Assembly (NCBI GenBank): GCA_019721075.1
Contig: JAHEAD010000002.1
Span: 26,949-90,948, forward strand
Origin: Candidatus Sysuiplasma jiujiangense
GTDB taxonomy: Archaea > Thermoplasmatota > Thermoplasmata > Sysuiplasmatales > Sysuiplasmataceae
Direction: 5' to 3'
DNA: 64,000 nucleotides
Shown here: positions 1 through 9,123 of the stretch, piece after piece
How the letters are laid out: each line of letters opens with the position of its first letter
How positions within the stretch are numbered: the first letter of the stretch is position 1
Notes under the pieces: generated by a model
What the model saw: the letters and a program-made list of their open reading frames with translations, nothing else
Databases searched by the model: none
Told to the model about the DNA's origin: nothing
Position numbers and translations under genes: made by a program

Positions 1-711
1 ATCTATAAATTCAAAGGAGATTCCAAGTTCCCTGGATATCTTTGAGGCGATATCCATCAACTTTCCCGTGACAAGACTGAAATAATCCGCTTCCAGCACA
101 TTCGAGCCGGTCATCATATGCATGCCGAACCTGCTTATGCCCGCAAGCTTGGCCTCCCTGTATGCGGCAAGTGCCTCCCTTTCCATCATGCCGAATTTTG
201 CCTCAGAACCAGCCGTTGTTATGCCCGCATACCTGCCCTTCCCTGTTCCGGGATTGATTCTGAATGAAATGAGTTCCGGCTTTCCGAAATTCATAAGCCG
301 CCGGAGCAGGGGCCCATCGTCAAGGTTTATGATGACACCAGAATCCAGAGCCGTTTGCAGTTCAGCATCTGAATTGTAATTGCCGCTGTACATTGTGCTT
401 TCCCTGCCGAAGCCAGCCAGCCCGGCGAAATATATCTCCGCGGGTGAGGCGCAGTCCGCGCCCGCGCCCTCCTCCTTTAAGACTTTCATTATGCTGAGAT
501 TGCTGTTTGCCTTGACGGCATAGTTGATCTTGAATTCCTTCTTCACCGTGTCAAATGCACTGTGCAGCCGCCTGTAATTTTCCCTTATCCTTGCCTCCGA
601 GGTTACATATACGGGTGTGCCAAACTCGCGGGTAATTTCGGCTGCACTAACCCCATCGATGAACAGCATTCCCTGCCTGTTGGTCAGATGGTGCTGAGGT
701 GGTGAAAACAT
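1..711 (-). CDS. lysA: Diaminopimelate decarboxylase (5' part; runs off the left edge of the window)
   Basis: Hand translation from ATG at 711: MFSPPQHHLTNRQGMLFIDGVSAAEITREFGTPVYVTSEARIRENYRRL...INYAVKANSNLSIMKVLKEEGAGADCAS. Contains the fold-III PLP lysine motif YAVKAN and later SKFG and LHMM motifs. Absent from the ORF track because it is truncated. Confidence 0.88.
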   Translation of the reverse strand, partial: MFSPPQHHLTNRQGMLFIDGVSAAEITREFGTPVYVTSEARIRENYRRLHSAFDTVKKEFKINYAVKANSNLSIMKVLKEEGAGADCASPAEIYFAGLAGFGRESTMYSGNYNSDAELQTALDSGVIINLDDGPLLRRLMNFGKPELISFRINPGTGKGRYAGITTAGSEAKFGMMEREALAAYREAKLAGISRFGMHMMTGSNVLEADYFSLVTGKLMDIASKISRELGISFEFID

Positions 712-814
712 ATACAGGCCGTCATATGACTCCAATGGTTAAAATGTTGCATTGTAATGCCCATTCAAACGATTGTAATCGGCCGGGCCGGTCCTGCTCG
801 TTCCAGTCCGGCAG

Positions 815-831
815 CAAGAAATGTTTATATT
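815..831 (+). promoter_or_regulatory. Archaeal BRE/TATA promoter for the rpl7ae operon
   Basis: Purine-rich GCAAGAAATG followed by TTTATATT at 824-831, about 75 nt upstream of the rpl7ae ATG. Confidence 0.55.
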
Positions 832-860
832 GAAGTAGATGTGTCGTTGAGTATTACAGG

Positions 861-901
861 TGCCAATGAATGATGAAGATGCAGGGCATCGGAACGAGGT
901 A
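861..901 (+). promoter_or_regulatory. Putative K-turn element(s) in the rpl7ae 5' UTR (L7Ae autoregulation)
   Basis: TGCC-AAT-GA (861-869) can pair with C-GA-GGTA (895-901). An inner box-C-like ATGATGA (870-876) faces TCGGA (889-893). The SD GAGGT lies in the stem. Confidence 0.55.
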
Positions 902-907
902 ATAAAA

Positions 908-1279
908 ATGGCAAAGCCAATTTATGTAAGATTTGAGGTACCGGCCGAACTTTCTGAAAAGGTTTATCAGATCGTGGAACTGTCGAGAGAGGGCGGGAAG
1001 CTCAGGAAAGGGACGAATGAGGTGACAAAGGTCATCGAACGCGGCGAAACGAGCCTCATAGTGATGGCGGAAGACGTGGATCCGCCTGAAATACTCGCCC
1101 ATCTTCCCCTCCTGTGCGAAGAAAAGAATATTCCCTATGCCTATGTCCCCAAGAAGGCGGAACTCGGCACTGCAGCAGGTCTCGACAAGCCCACCGCTTC
1201 TGTCGCAATTGTGGATCCCGGAAAGGCAAAGCAGATGGTCGATGCGGTGACTGAAGAACTCAGGAAACTGAAGAAATAG
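908..1279 (+). CDS. rpl7ae: 50S ribosomal protein L7Ae
   Basis: [12 protein letters not shown]...[17 protein letters not shown]...[24 protein letters not shown]. Start placed at ATG 908 after SD GAGGT. Confidence 0.97.
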   Translation: MAKPIYVRFEVPAELSEKVYQIVELSREGGKLRKGTNEVTKVIERGETSLIVMAEDVDPPEILAHLPLLCEEKNIPYAYVPKKAELGTAAGLDKPTASVAIVDPGKAKQMVDAVTEELRKLKK

Positions 1280-1498
1280 GTGATTCTCTTGCCTGATGAC
1301 AGTATACCGGCTGAGATCGTCGAGATCATAGGAAGGACAGGAATGACCGGTGAAGCCACACAGGTCAAGGTCAGGGTCCTGGACGGAAAGGACAAGGGAA
1401 GGATCATCACACGGAATGTGATGGGACCGGTCAGGGTGGGAGACACGCTGATGCTCAGGGAAACTGCAAGAGAGGCAAGAAAACTTTCGATCAGGTGA
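1280..1498 (+). CDS. rps28e: 30S ribosomal protein S28e
   Basis: [26 protein letters not shown]...[11 protein letters not shown]...ETAREARKL. Conserved operon position. True start may be TTG a few codons in. Confidence 0.96.
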   Translation: MILLPDDSIPAEIVEIIGRTGMTGEATQVKVRVLDGKDKGRIITRNVMGPVRVGDTLMLRETAREARKLSIR

Positions 1499-1509
1499 GT
1501 GTGATTTAC

Positions 1510-1944
1510 ATGGTGGAGAGGCGAAGCTGCAATTTCTGCGGCAATAACATAGAACCCGGGACCGGAAGGATCTACATAAGAACTGACGGCACGGTGTTCT
1601 ACTTCGACAGGCACAAATGCTACACGAATTTTATAAAACTCAGGAGGATACCCAGGGAAACCAGATGGTCCGGTCTCAGCTCTACGGCGTCCAGGTGGAA
1701 GGACAAACCCGGAAAGCAGAAAAGAGCATCGCCGAAGAGGTTCGTACCGAAGGATCTTGCATCCAGGCTGAAAAAAGAGCATGAAAGGCTGCGGAAGGAA
1801 AGCGAACCGGGGGCAACAAAGGAAGAAACGCCGTCAAGTGACGGTAGGCAGCAGGAAGAAAAGGTGGAAGAGGCACACGATTCACCTGCAGCAGCCTCCA
1901 ATGAGACAGAAACGGAGAAGATCCCAGAACATCCGGAACAGTGA
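1510..1944 (+). CDS. rpl24e: 50S ribosomal protein L24e with long charged C-terminal extension
   Basis: CNFCGNNIEPGTGRIYIRTDGTVFYF...KC...RIPRETRW (TRASH/L24e). Follows rps28e. Confidence 0.92.
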   Translation: MVERRSCNFCGNNIEPGTGRIYIRTDGTVFYFDRHKCYTNFIKLRRIPRETRWSGLSSTASRWKDKPGKQKRASPKRFVPKDLASRLKKEHERLRKESEPGATKEETPSSDGRQQEEKVEEAHDSPAAASNETETEKIPEHPEQ

Positions 1945-1950
1945 CCGTAC

Positions 1951-2403
1951 ATGAACGAAAGGACATTTGTGATGGTAAAACCCGACGGTTTGCAGCGCGC
2001 GCTTGTGGGCGAGGTAATTTCAAGGCTTGAGAAGAAGGGACTGAAGCCTGTAGCAATGAAAGTGTACAGGATACCCAGGGACATAGCCGAAAGGTTCTAC
2101 GGCGAACACAAAGGGAAACAGTTCTATGACGGTCTCATCAGTTACATCACGTCCGGCCCGGTGATATGCATGGTCTGGGAAGGGGAGGAGGCAGTTTCGG
2201 TCGTAAGAACGGCAATGGGCAAGACGAATCCTGCCGAAGCTCTCCCCGGAACCATCAGGGGGGATCTTGCACTGCATCCGGGAAGGAACGTCATTCACGG
2301 TTCTGATTCGCAGGCTTCCGCGAAACGTGAGATAAATCTCCTGTTCAACGACTATGAACTAATAGATTATAAGAGAATAGATGCTGAGTGGTTAGTAGAA
2401 TGA
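1951..2403 (+). CDS. ndk: Nucleoside diphosphate kinase
   Basis: [11 protein letters not shown]...PGTIRGD...NVIHGSDS with the catalytic His. Confidence 0.97.
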   Translation: MNERTFVMVKPDGLQRALVGEVISRLEKKGLKPVAMKVYRIPRDIAERFYGEHKGKQFYDGLISYITSGPVICMVWEGEEAVSVVRTAMGKTNPAEALPGTIRGDLALHPGRNVIHGSDSQASAKREINLLFNDYELIDYKRIDAEWLVE

Positions 2404-2412
2404 GGTTTGGCT

Positions 2413-4161
2413 ATGCCTGTCAGACAGCCTATCGTGACTGTTATGGGTCACGTGGACCATGGAAAGACAACTATACTGGACAGCATTAGGGGGAGCTATA
2501 TTGCGGCAGGCGAGTCGGGCGGCATAACACAGGGAATCGGTGCAACGGAAGTTCCAATAGACAGAGTGGTAAAGTTATGCACAAAAATCATGGGTAATAC
2601 CAGATTTGTTATACCCGGCCTGCTCTTCATAGACACCCCGGGTCACCAAGCATTCGTTTCCATGCGCGCCAGAGGCAGTGCATTGTCCGATATAGCCGTG
2701 GTTGTAATCGACATTCGGGAAGGCGTCATGCCGCAGACAATTGAATCCATAAAGCTGCTCAGAACATACAAGACACCGTTTGTCATCGCTGCCAATAAAA
2801 TTGATCTCATAGAGGGGTGGAGAAGCGGCGGATTCGAACCTTTCGTCACGCTCCTTGCGCTCCAGCGGGAGGAAACGCTGGAGAAACTTGATGAGGCGTT
2901 ATACAGGATAGTCGGCGATCTTAGTTCCCTCGGTTTCTCTTCAGAGCGGTATGACAGGATCAAGGATTTCACAAAAAACATAGCCATTGTTCCCCTGAGC
3001 GCAAAGACAAAGGACGGGATACCCGACCTTCTTCTTGTGCTGACAGGTCTCGCACAGAAATACCTGGAGCAAAGACTAGATACGGAAGACGGACCTGCAG
3101 AGGGCACGATCATAGAGGTCAAAGAGGAGAAAGGATTCGGCGCAACAGCCGATACAATAATCTATTCTGGTACCCTCAGGATCGGAGACAGGGTTGCCAT
3201 TGGCGTCAGGAACGACATAAAGGTAACCAGAATCAGGGGGATTTTCAAGGCAAGGCCCCTTGGCGAGACGAAGGATCCAAAAGAGAGATTTGCCCCGTTC
3301 GATAGTGTTACCGCGGCCGCAGGCGTCAAACTGCTCCTGCAGGACATGGAGGGTGTTTCTGCAGGATCGTCACTGTTCGTTTACAGGAAAGATCCATCCG
3401 AAGTCAGCGAAAAGATCATGCGGGAAAATGAGGTAAACATTCTTTATGACGAAACAGGGATACTTGTCAAGACAGATGCGGTCGGATCCCTTGAGGCGCT
3501 TCTGCTGGAGGCAAAGGACAGGGGAATCAGGATTGAGAAGGGAGAGGTGGGACCGGTAACGAGAAGAGACATTGTTGACCGTGCATCCAAGAAAGAGGCC
3601 CTTGACAGGGCCATGCTTGCTTTCAATGTACCTGTCCTGCCTGAAGCGGCAGAGATTGTTCCGGGAAGCGATGTCAAGGTTATTTCCGGTGATGTGATTT
3701 ACAGCCTTCTGGACAATTTCCTGAAATGGAGTGATGAGAAAAGGAGGGAGGAACTTCTCAAAAGCAGGAAGGAAATGGTCTTTCCTGCCAAGATGCTCAT
3801 CATGCCAAACCATGTTTTCAGACTTAGCAAGCCTGCAATTGTTGGCGTCAGGATCCTGGCAGGGCAGATTTCACAGGGCATCAACCTCATCAGGAGCGAC
3901 GGAAGGGAGGTGGGCAGGCTTAAAAGCATAAGGGCCGGAGAACAGGCCAAGACCGTAGCAGGCGCAGGAGAGGAGGTGGCCATAGCCATCGAGGGGCCAA
4001 CGGTCGGAAGACAGATCTCCGAAGGAGATGTGCTTTACGCAGATCTGCCGGAAGCGGATGCAAGGAAGATCGTGAAAGTCGAGCTGACGCTTGATGAAAC
4101 ATCCGTTCTTGAAGAACTCAAGCAGATAAAGAGAAAAAGTGATCCGTTCTGGGGAAACTGA
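2413..4161 (+). CDS. infB: Translation initiation factor aIF5B (archaeal IF-2)
   Basis: RQPIVTVMGHVDHGKTT, GGITQ, FIDTPGH, NKID. C-terminal FWG typical of aIF5B. Confidence 0.96.
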   Translation: MPVRQPIVTVMGHVDHGKTTILDSIRGSYIAAGESGGITQGIGATEVPIDRVVKLCTKIMGNTRFVIPGLLFIDTPGHQAFVSMRARGSALSDIAVVVIDIREGVMPQTIESIKLLRTYKTPFVIAANKIDLIEGWRSGGFEPFVTLLALQREETLEKLDEALYRIVGDLSSLGFSSERYDRIKDFTKNIAIVPLSAKTKDGIPDLLLVLTGLAQKYLEQRLDTEDGPAEGTIIEVKEEKGFGATADTIIYSGTLRIGDRVAIGVRNDIKVTRIRGIFKARPLGETKDPKERFAPFDSVTAAAGVKLLLQDMEGVSAGSSLFVYRKDPSEVSEKIMRENEVNILYDETGILVKTDAVGSLEALLLEAKDRGIRIEKGEVGPVTRRDIVDRASKKEALDRAMLAFNVPVLPEAAEIVPGSDVKVISGDVIYSLLDNFLKWSDEKRREELLKSRKEMVFPAKMLIMPNHVFRLSKPAIVGVRILAGQISQGINLIRSDGREVGRLKSIRAGEQAKTVAGAGEEVAIAIEGPTVGRQISEGDVLYADLPEADARKIVKVELTLDETSVLEELKQIKRKSDPFWGN

Positions 4162-4244
4162 GGCTCGGGGACCTGACTTGCCCGGCTGCAGACTGTACCA
4201 CACCGATTCGAAAAGTTAAAGAGATACGGCGCCCTAAACCATTT

Positions 4245-4619
4245 ATGCATCTGCCTTCCGAAATTGAAGCAATCGCCGTGATTCCAGCACTCAGGTCAAT
4301 GCTTGCGCGCGAACTGCTGCGCCAGGGAGGACTGAATCAGACGCAGGTTGCGTCGTTGCTTGGTGTTACGCAAGCAGCCGTAAGCAACTACATGTCTGGA
4401 AACAGGGGAAGGGAAATTGTCAATCTCAGCGATCCCAGGGTAATAACCCGTGTTTCGGGTATTGCAAATTCTCTTAGCGGAAATCCAGACAGCAGTGTTG
4501 CGGCAAGAGGTCTTTCGGATCTTACTGATTTCATAAGGCGCAACAGGCTGATGTGTGCCATCCACCATGACATCGACCCTGAAGTTGAGATCGACCTGTG
4601 CCACATTTGTGACGAATGA
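4245..4619 (+). CDS. Predicted HTH transcriptional regulator (COG2522-like) with C-terminal CxxH/CxxC
   Basis: IPALRSMLARELL...LNQTQVASLLGVTQAAVSNYMSGNRG HTH. C-terminal CAIHH...CHIC. Confidence 0.75.
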   Translation: MHLPSEIEAIAVIPALRSMLARELLRQGGLNQTQVASLLGVTQAAVSNYMSGNRGREIVNLSDPRVITRVSGIANSLSGNPDSSVAARGLSDLTDFIRRNRLMCAIHHDIDPEVEIDLCHICDE

Positions 4620-4658
4620 ACAGCGCTTCTGCACCATGGCCTGGTAGCTTAACTGCGA

Positions 4659-5357
4659 TTATCTGCTAACCCTGAGCATACCGACAACTCCGTGACAGTT
4701 GCTTGTAGTTGCGATGGCGATCATCATGTCAATGTTACTCAAAGATCGAATTTCATCGGCTAGTCTTCTGCAGGATTCTGCTATATGAGAGGAAGAAATG
4801 CTTCCCACACCCCAGGCATAGTGTGTCGTCTTGAATACAATGATCCTGTCTGCCGAATTCGACATTTTGTCAGGGACAATTGTTGAAAGATCCCAGGTTC
4901 GCTCTGACTTGATGGCCGGGCAGACCGATGGTTCTATGCATGAAAACGGACAGAGCCATGCCGCCGCGCTGATGAATCTCATGTCTCCGGACAGCTTTTC
5001 GAAAGGGAGGCCAAATTCTACCGTTACGGGAACCTGCTCGATATTGCTGATGCCCCTGCTCTTCAGGTAGGCGCCACAGAGATTGAAGAGCAGATGCGGC
5101 GCGATGTGGGCCGGAATCAGCTGATCCTCCCTGCCAACATCCGCGTGGAGAAAATAATCCGCAAGATATTCAGACCAGTCGGACTTGACTACTCTGACAC
5201 GACGATCCTCCCTGAATTCCAGCGATGACGGCGGAGCAACGTTCCTGTCTACAACGACTATGCTGCATTCAGGTATCTTACCCGCATCCATTGCCTTCAG
5301 GAGGCGCCGGGTTTGAAATATGCCGTAGCAGCCGCCTCCTATGACGGTGATCTGCAC
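4659..5357 (-). CDS. Hypothetical protein with Rossmann-like N-terminus and Cys cluster
   Basis: ITVIGGGCYG (GxGxxG) then VVVD. Also AHIAPH, CPFSCIEPSVCP and TTSNCHG. Confidence 0.7.
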   Translation of the reverse strand: MQITVIGGGCYGIFQTRRLLKAMDAGKIPECSIVVVDRNVAPPSSLEFREDRRVRVVKSDWSEYLADYFLHADVGREDQLIPAHIAPHLLFNLCGAYLKSRGISNIEQVPVTVEFGLPFEKLSGDMRFISAAAWLCPFSCIEPSVCPAIKSERTWDLSTIVPDKMSNSADRIIVFKTTHYAWGVGSISSSHIAESCRRLADEIRSLSNIDMMIAIATTSNCHGVVGMLRVSR

Positions 5358-5441
5358 GATCTGTCATACCCCATACAGCTCTATATATCGTTATTCATTA
5401 TCTCACCAGCGGAGTAGCCGTAGACAAAGGGGCCGAACTTA

Positions 5442-6344
5442 ATGGAAAGGAAGGCACCAGTCCTGATCCGGATTGAGGCCGTGCTGCTGATTTTTGCGGC
5501 AATCGTTGTTTCATCGATTCTGATCAGCTCTCTGGGAAAAGGAAACAGGCTGTTTCAAATAACCGGGAGTCCTGCAACTCTGGGTCCCGACGCGGTCGCT
5601 TCCGCCGTCGTTCTACTGCTGGCTCTATTCATAGGCATCATCGTCTTTGACTTTATATGGATCCTGATGAAGGGAGGAAGCGGACTTGGTTTCATCGCCC
5701 CTGTCACGGGAGTCAGAAAGAGCCGCTTTATTCAGAACACGGTTATTGCTCTCCTCTTTCTCTTTGCACTCCTGGGCGCCTATCTGCTTTTTGCCGGGAA
5801 ACTCCATGACGTGCTGAGTTTCAACCGTACGGCTCCGACATCGTCAATCAACTCCACAGGTGCGCTGAATGGCATCCGGCTCAGCAACAATGCACTCGCA
5901 GGCTCAATTCAACCCGTGCTCGCAATCGGCATTGTTCTTGCCGCAGCTGTCGCATTCTTTGCGGTTGCCGCCATGATAGCCGAACGGCGCAGTGCCGTAC
6001 CTCAATCAGCAGACACGAAAGAGGAGCTGGCGGATATAATTGAGGGAAAGATCGCTGATCTGAAGACAGGATCCGATCCGAGAAACGCCATACTTGAGGT
6101 ATACAGACAAATGCACGAATTCCTTGCCGGGATGGGAGCAACCGACAGATCCTACTGGACAGCCAGGGAATTCGAAGAGAGAGCAAGGGATTTGCTTTCC
6201 ATCAGGGAACGCACGATTACAGATATTACATCGCTCTTTGAGGAGGCAAAGTACAGCAGGCATGAAATGGGCGAAAGGGAAAGAAGCATGGCGGTTGAAC
6301 TATTTGAAAGTCTGGTGACTGATATCAAGGCGGGGCGGGGGTGA
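5442..6344 (+). CDS. Membrane protein with C-terminal DUF4129-like domain
   Basis: Four hydrophobic helices, then DPRNAILEVYRQM...TAREF...ITSLFEEAKYSRH. Upstream of moxR. Confidence 0.8.
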   Translation: MERKAPVLIRIEAVLLIFAAIVVSSILISSLGKGNRLFQITGSPATLGPDAVASAVVLLLALFIGIIVFDFIWILMKGGSGLGFIAPVTGVRKSRFIQNTVIALLFLFALLGAYLLFAGKLHDVLSFNRTAPTSSINSTGALNGIRLSNNALAGSIQPVLAIGIVLAAAVAFFAVAAMIAERRSAVPQSADTKEELADIIEGKIADLKTGSDPRNAILEVYRQMHEFLAGMGATDRSYWTAREFEERARDLLSIRERTITDITSLFEEAKYSRHEMGERERSMAVELFESLVTDIKAGRG

Positions 6345-6910
6345 TGGATCTGGAGGAAGCACCTGAAACTACGTCTGCAGGACAAGAAGGGAAGGAAGTC
6401 AGCATCATAGTGATCCTTTCGATATCTATTATCCTGCTGTACCTCATATGGCATCTGTTTTTTCATTACGGCGGATTGCTGATCTTCGCTCTGGGGATAA
6501 TCGCAATCCTGTTAATGGAAATAGAGCTCGTTTCATGGGCATACAGAAAGAATTTGGGGACTGGAACGGGGGACGGGAAAGGCCTGAAAGTGTTTCCGGA
6601 TACAGAATACTCCCGGATCGTCAGACGTGCCGGTATGGCGCTTGAGGGAAAGGAATACAGCCGGGAACTCATATTGAAGGAACTGTGGTCAGTCATGATA
6701 GAAAGAGCGTCCATGAAGATGTCAACCGGCCAGTCCGACCTGAGGAGGCTGCTGGAAAGCAATGCCTGGAGTGAATTTGACGACACGGAAAAATCAGATA
6801 TCCTCAGAAAATACTATCTGATGAGCAAAAACGGTTTTGCCATGCAGATCGCTAGCCAGTCTTTCAAGCAGGACTTGCTCAGATTTTTTGACGACGTGGA
6901 AAATTACTGA
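6341..6910 (+). CDS. Membrane protein, MoxR-cluster associated
   Basis: Two N-terminal TM helices. Translationally coupled to both neighbours. Confidence 0.7.
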   Translation: MMDLEEAPETTSAGQEGKEVSIIVILSISIILLYLIWHLFFHYGGLLIFALGIIAILLMEIELVSWAYRKNLGTGTGDGKGLKVFPDTEYSRIVRRAGMALEGKEYSRELILKELWSVMIERASMKMSTGQSDLRRLLESNAWSEFDDTEKSDILRKYYLMSKNGFAMQIASQSFKQDLLRFFDDVENY

Positions 6911-7872
6911 TGGTGGTTTTTTTGAATCCTGATGAAGTAAAAAAGATCGCAGACAGAATAATAGAAGAGGTAGAGAGTGCCATTGTCGGAAAAAGGGACA
7001 TACTGTTCAAGATGCTTTGTTCACTCTTCGCGGACGGGCATATTCTAATTGAGGATCTTCCCGGCCTGGCCAAGACGCTCATTGCGCGGAGTTTTTCCCA
7101 TGCACTCGGATGTGAATTCAAAAGAATACAGTTCACACCCGATCTTCTGCCGTCGGATGTCACAGGTTCGAATGTTCTCAACAGGGCAACCAACGAATTT
7201 CAGCTCAGAAAGGGACCGGTTTTCACAAACATACTGCTTGCAGATGAGATAAACAGGGCACCGCCGAAGACACAGGCCGCACTCCTTGAGGCGATGCAGG
7301 AAAGACAGGCGACGATCGAGGGGAGCACCTATGCCATACAGGAGCCTTTCATCGTGATAGCCACTCAGAACCCGATAGAGTATGAAGGAACATATCCGCT
7401 GCCTGAAGCACAACTCGACAGATTCACAATGAGAATTTCGGTCGGGTATCCCGAAAGATTGCATGAGACGGAAATACTGAGACGGAGGCGGCAGAGGAAG
7501 AAGGAACGGAATGACGTATCAGGGGTCATTGACAGAAGGCAGCTTCTTTCGATACAGGAGGCAACGGAGTCGGTATACGTGTCCGATGATCTCCAGAACT
7601 ACATAGTTGACATAGTCCGTTCAACACGGAGGCATCCTTCGGTGGAAATAGGTTCTTCTCCGCGAGGTGCCCTGTCTCTGATGCGGCTGGGAATGGCATG
7701 CGCCTGCATGAACGGAAGAGATTTCGTAACACCGGACGACGTAAAACTTTTTGCTGTTGAGGCGCTTTCACACAGACTGATACTGAAACCGGATCCCTGG
7801 TTGCGGGGGTTAAAACCTGAGACCATTATTCTCGAGACCATCGAAAAAACAGCTGTGCCGAAGGTGAACTGA
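6910..7872 (+). CDS. moxR: MoxR family AAA+ ATPase (MoxR proper)
   Basis: GHILIEDLPGLAKT, RIQFTPDLLPSDVTG, LLADEINRAPPKTQAALLEAMQE, ATQNPIEYEGTYPLPEAQLDRF, GSSPRG. Confidence 0.95.
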   Translation: MVVFLNPDEVKKIADRIIEEVESAIVGKRDILFKMLCSLFADGHILIEDLPGLAKTLIARSFSHALGCEFKRIQFTPDLLPSDVTGSNVLNRATNEFQLRKGPVFTNILLADEINRAPPKTQAALLEAMQERQATIEGSTYAIQEPFIVIATQNPIEYEGTYPLPEAQLDRFTMRISVGYPERLHETEILRRRRQRKKERNDVSGVIDRRQLLSIQEATESVYVSDDLQNYIVDIVRSTRRHPSVEIGSSPRGALSLMRLGMACACMNGRDFVTPDDVKLFAVEALSHRLILKPDPWLRGLKPETIILETIEKTAVPKVN

Positions 7873-7875
7873 AAC

Positions 7876-9123
7876 ACGGAAAGAAATCTGACTGTATTCG
7901 CTGTTTTCGACTCGCTCCTGCTTGTTGGTGCACTGCTCACGGGTAATGCCGCGTACATTGCGCTGTTTGCATCGACAACTGTGCTTATGACGGTATCCCT
8001 GTTTATTCTTCCTTCTTCCGGAAATATCACTGCGAAATACGAAATCCCGTCCGAACGTCACTATACCGGCGACGTACTGAAACTGAGATATCATCTGAGC
8101 TGCAGCAGCAGGCTTGTCTTCCGCCTCAGCATAGACCAGAAGATGCCTCAGGGAATAGGCATCAGGCATTTTCACCATGAATGCTACCTGCGCATGGAGA
8201 AGGACATCGACTTCGAATTTGCGTTGAACCAGGGCGGCGTATTCACTTTCTGTCCGCCTTCATTCACCATTTCAGACATACTTGGAATGAGGAGTCTGAC
8301 AGGCAGTTTTGGAAGCGACATGGAAATTGAAGTTGTGAACAGGATTGACAGGATCGATGCTTCCATGATAAAACCGCTGAAGTATAAACAGGTGTCCGGG
8401 AATATCGTTTCGGGAGCCAGGGGAGAAGGGTACGAATTCCATTCCATCAGCCGATATACAGAGGGACAGAGTACCAGAAGGATCAACTGGAAAACCACTG
8501 CCAGGACTGATGAACTGTGGATGAATGAGTTCCTGAGTGAGAGAAGCGGCTCGGTTGTGGTCCTGCTCGATACAAGGCTCATGCTTTCTGATATGGCCAT
8601 TACAAGGGCATTCATGAACAGGGCCGTTGTGGCTGCCACCTCGCTGATTTACCACTCATTAATGGAGAGAAATGCCGTTGGACTGGTTGTCATAGGGGAC
8701 CGTTTGACTTCAATAAAGGCGGGGTACGGCAGGAGACAGTTTGATCGCATAACAAGGGCGCTCATGCTTTTGAACACACCTGTCACCAGCTATCCTCTGC
8801 TGATTGATCGGACAGCTTCCAGGTACGTACACCCGTCCGCCCAGCTCATTGTGGTCAGCCCTGTCTTTGACAGGGAATCGGTTGAGTCCCTTGCCGAGCT
8901 GGCAGTTTCCCACAGAGACCTGCTTCTCGTCGTACCTATGACCTTCAGAAGGACTGCCGCGGATACTCCGGAAAACATCACGATGGAATTGCTGAGGCTG
9001 CATCAGCAGAATAATGCCATGGCCGCATCCAGGTTCTGCAGGACCGTAGTCTGGGAATATGGCGAAAATCTGGGAGACATTTCCTTTTCCGGTTCGGCAT
9101 TTACAAGGAGGCGGGGAGGGTGA
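7876..9123 (+). CDS. DUF58 (VWA-like) domain protein; start uncertain (first canonical start 7981, frame open from 7873)
   Basis: GEGYEFHSISRY...RRINWKTTART..LWMNEFLSER...VVLLD DUF58 signature. The in-frame segment 7873-7980 encodes a hydrophobic anchor. Confidence 0.82.
   Translation, partial: TERNLTVFAVFDSLLLVGALLTGNAAYIALFASTTVLMTVSLFILPSSGNITAKYEIPSERHYTGDVLKLRYHLSCSSRLVFRLSIDQKMPQGIGIRHFHHECYLRMEKDIDFEFALNQGGVFTFCPPSFTISDILGMRSLTGSFGSDMEIEVVNRIDRIDASMIKPLKYKQVSGNIVSGARGEGYEFHSISRYTEGQSTRRINWKTTARTDELWMNEFLSERSGSVVVLLDTRLMLSDMAITRAFMNRAVVAATSLIYHSLMERNAVGLVVIGDRLTSIKAGYGRRQFDRITRALMLLNTPVTSYPLLIDRTASRYVHPSAQLIVVSPVFDRESVESLAELAVSHRDLLLVVPMTFRRTAADTPENITMELLRLHQQNNAMAASRFCRTVVWEYGENLGDISFSGSAFTRRRGG

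Noticed and set aside
7870-7872. moxR TGA as selenocysteine
   Set aside because: It falls at the normal MoxR C-terminus, not at a Cys-equivalent catalytic position, and no SECIS-like element was recognised.
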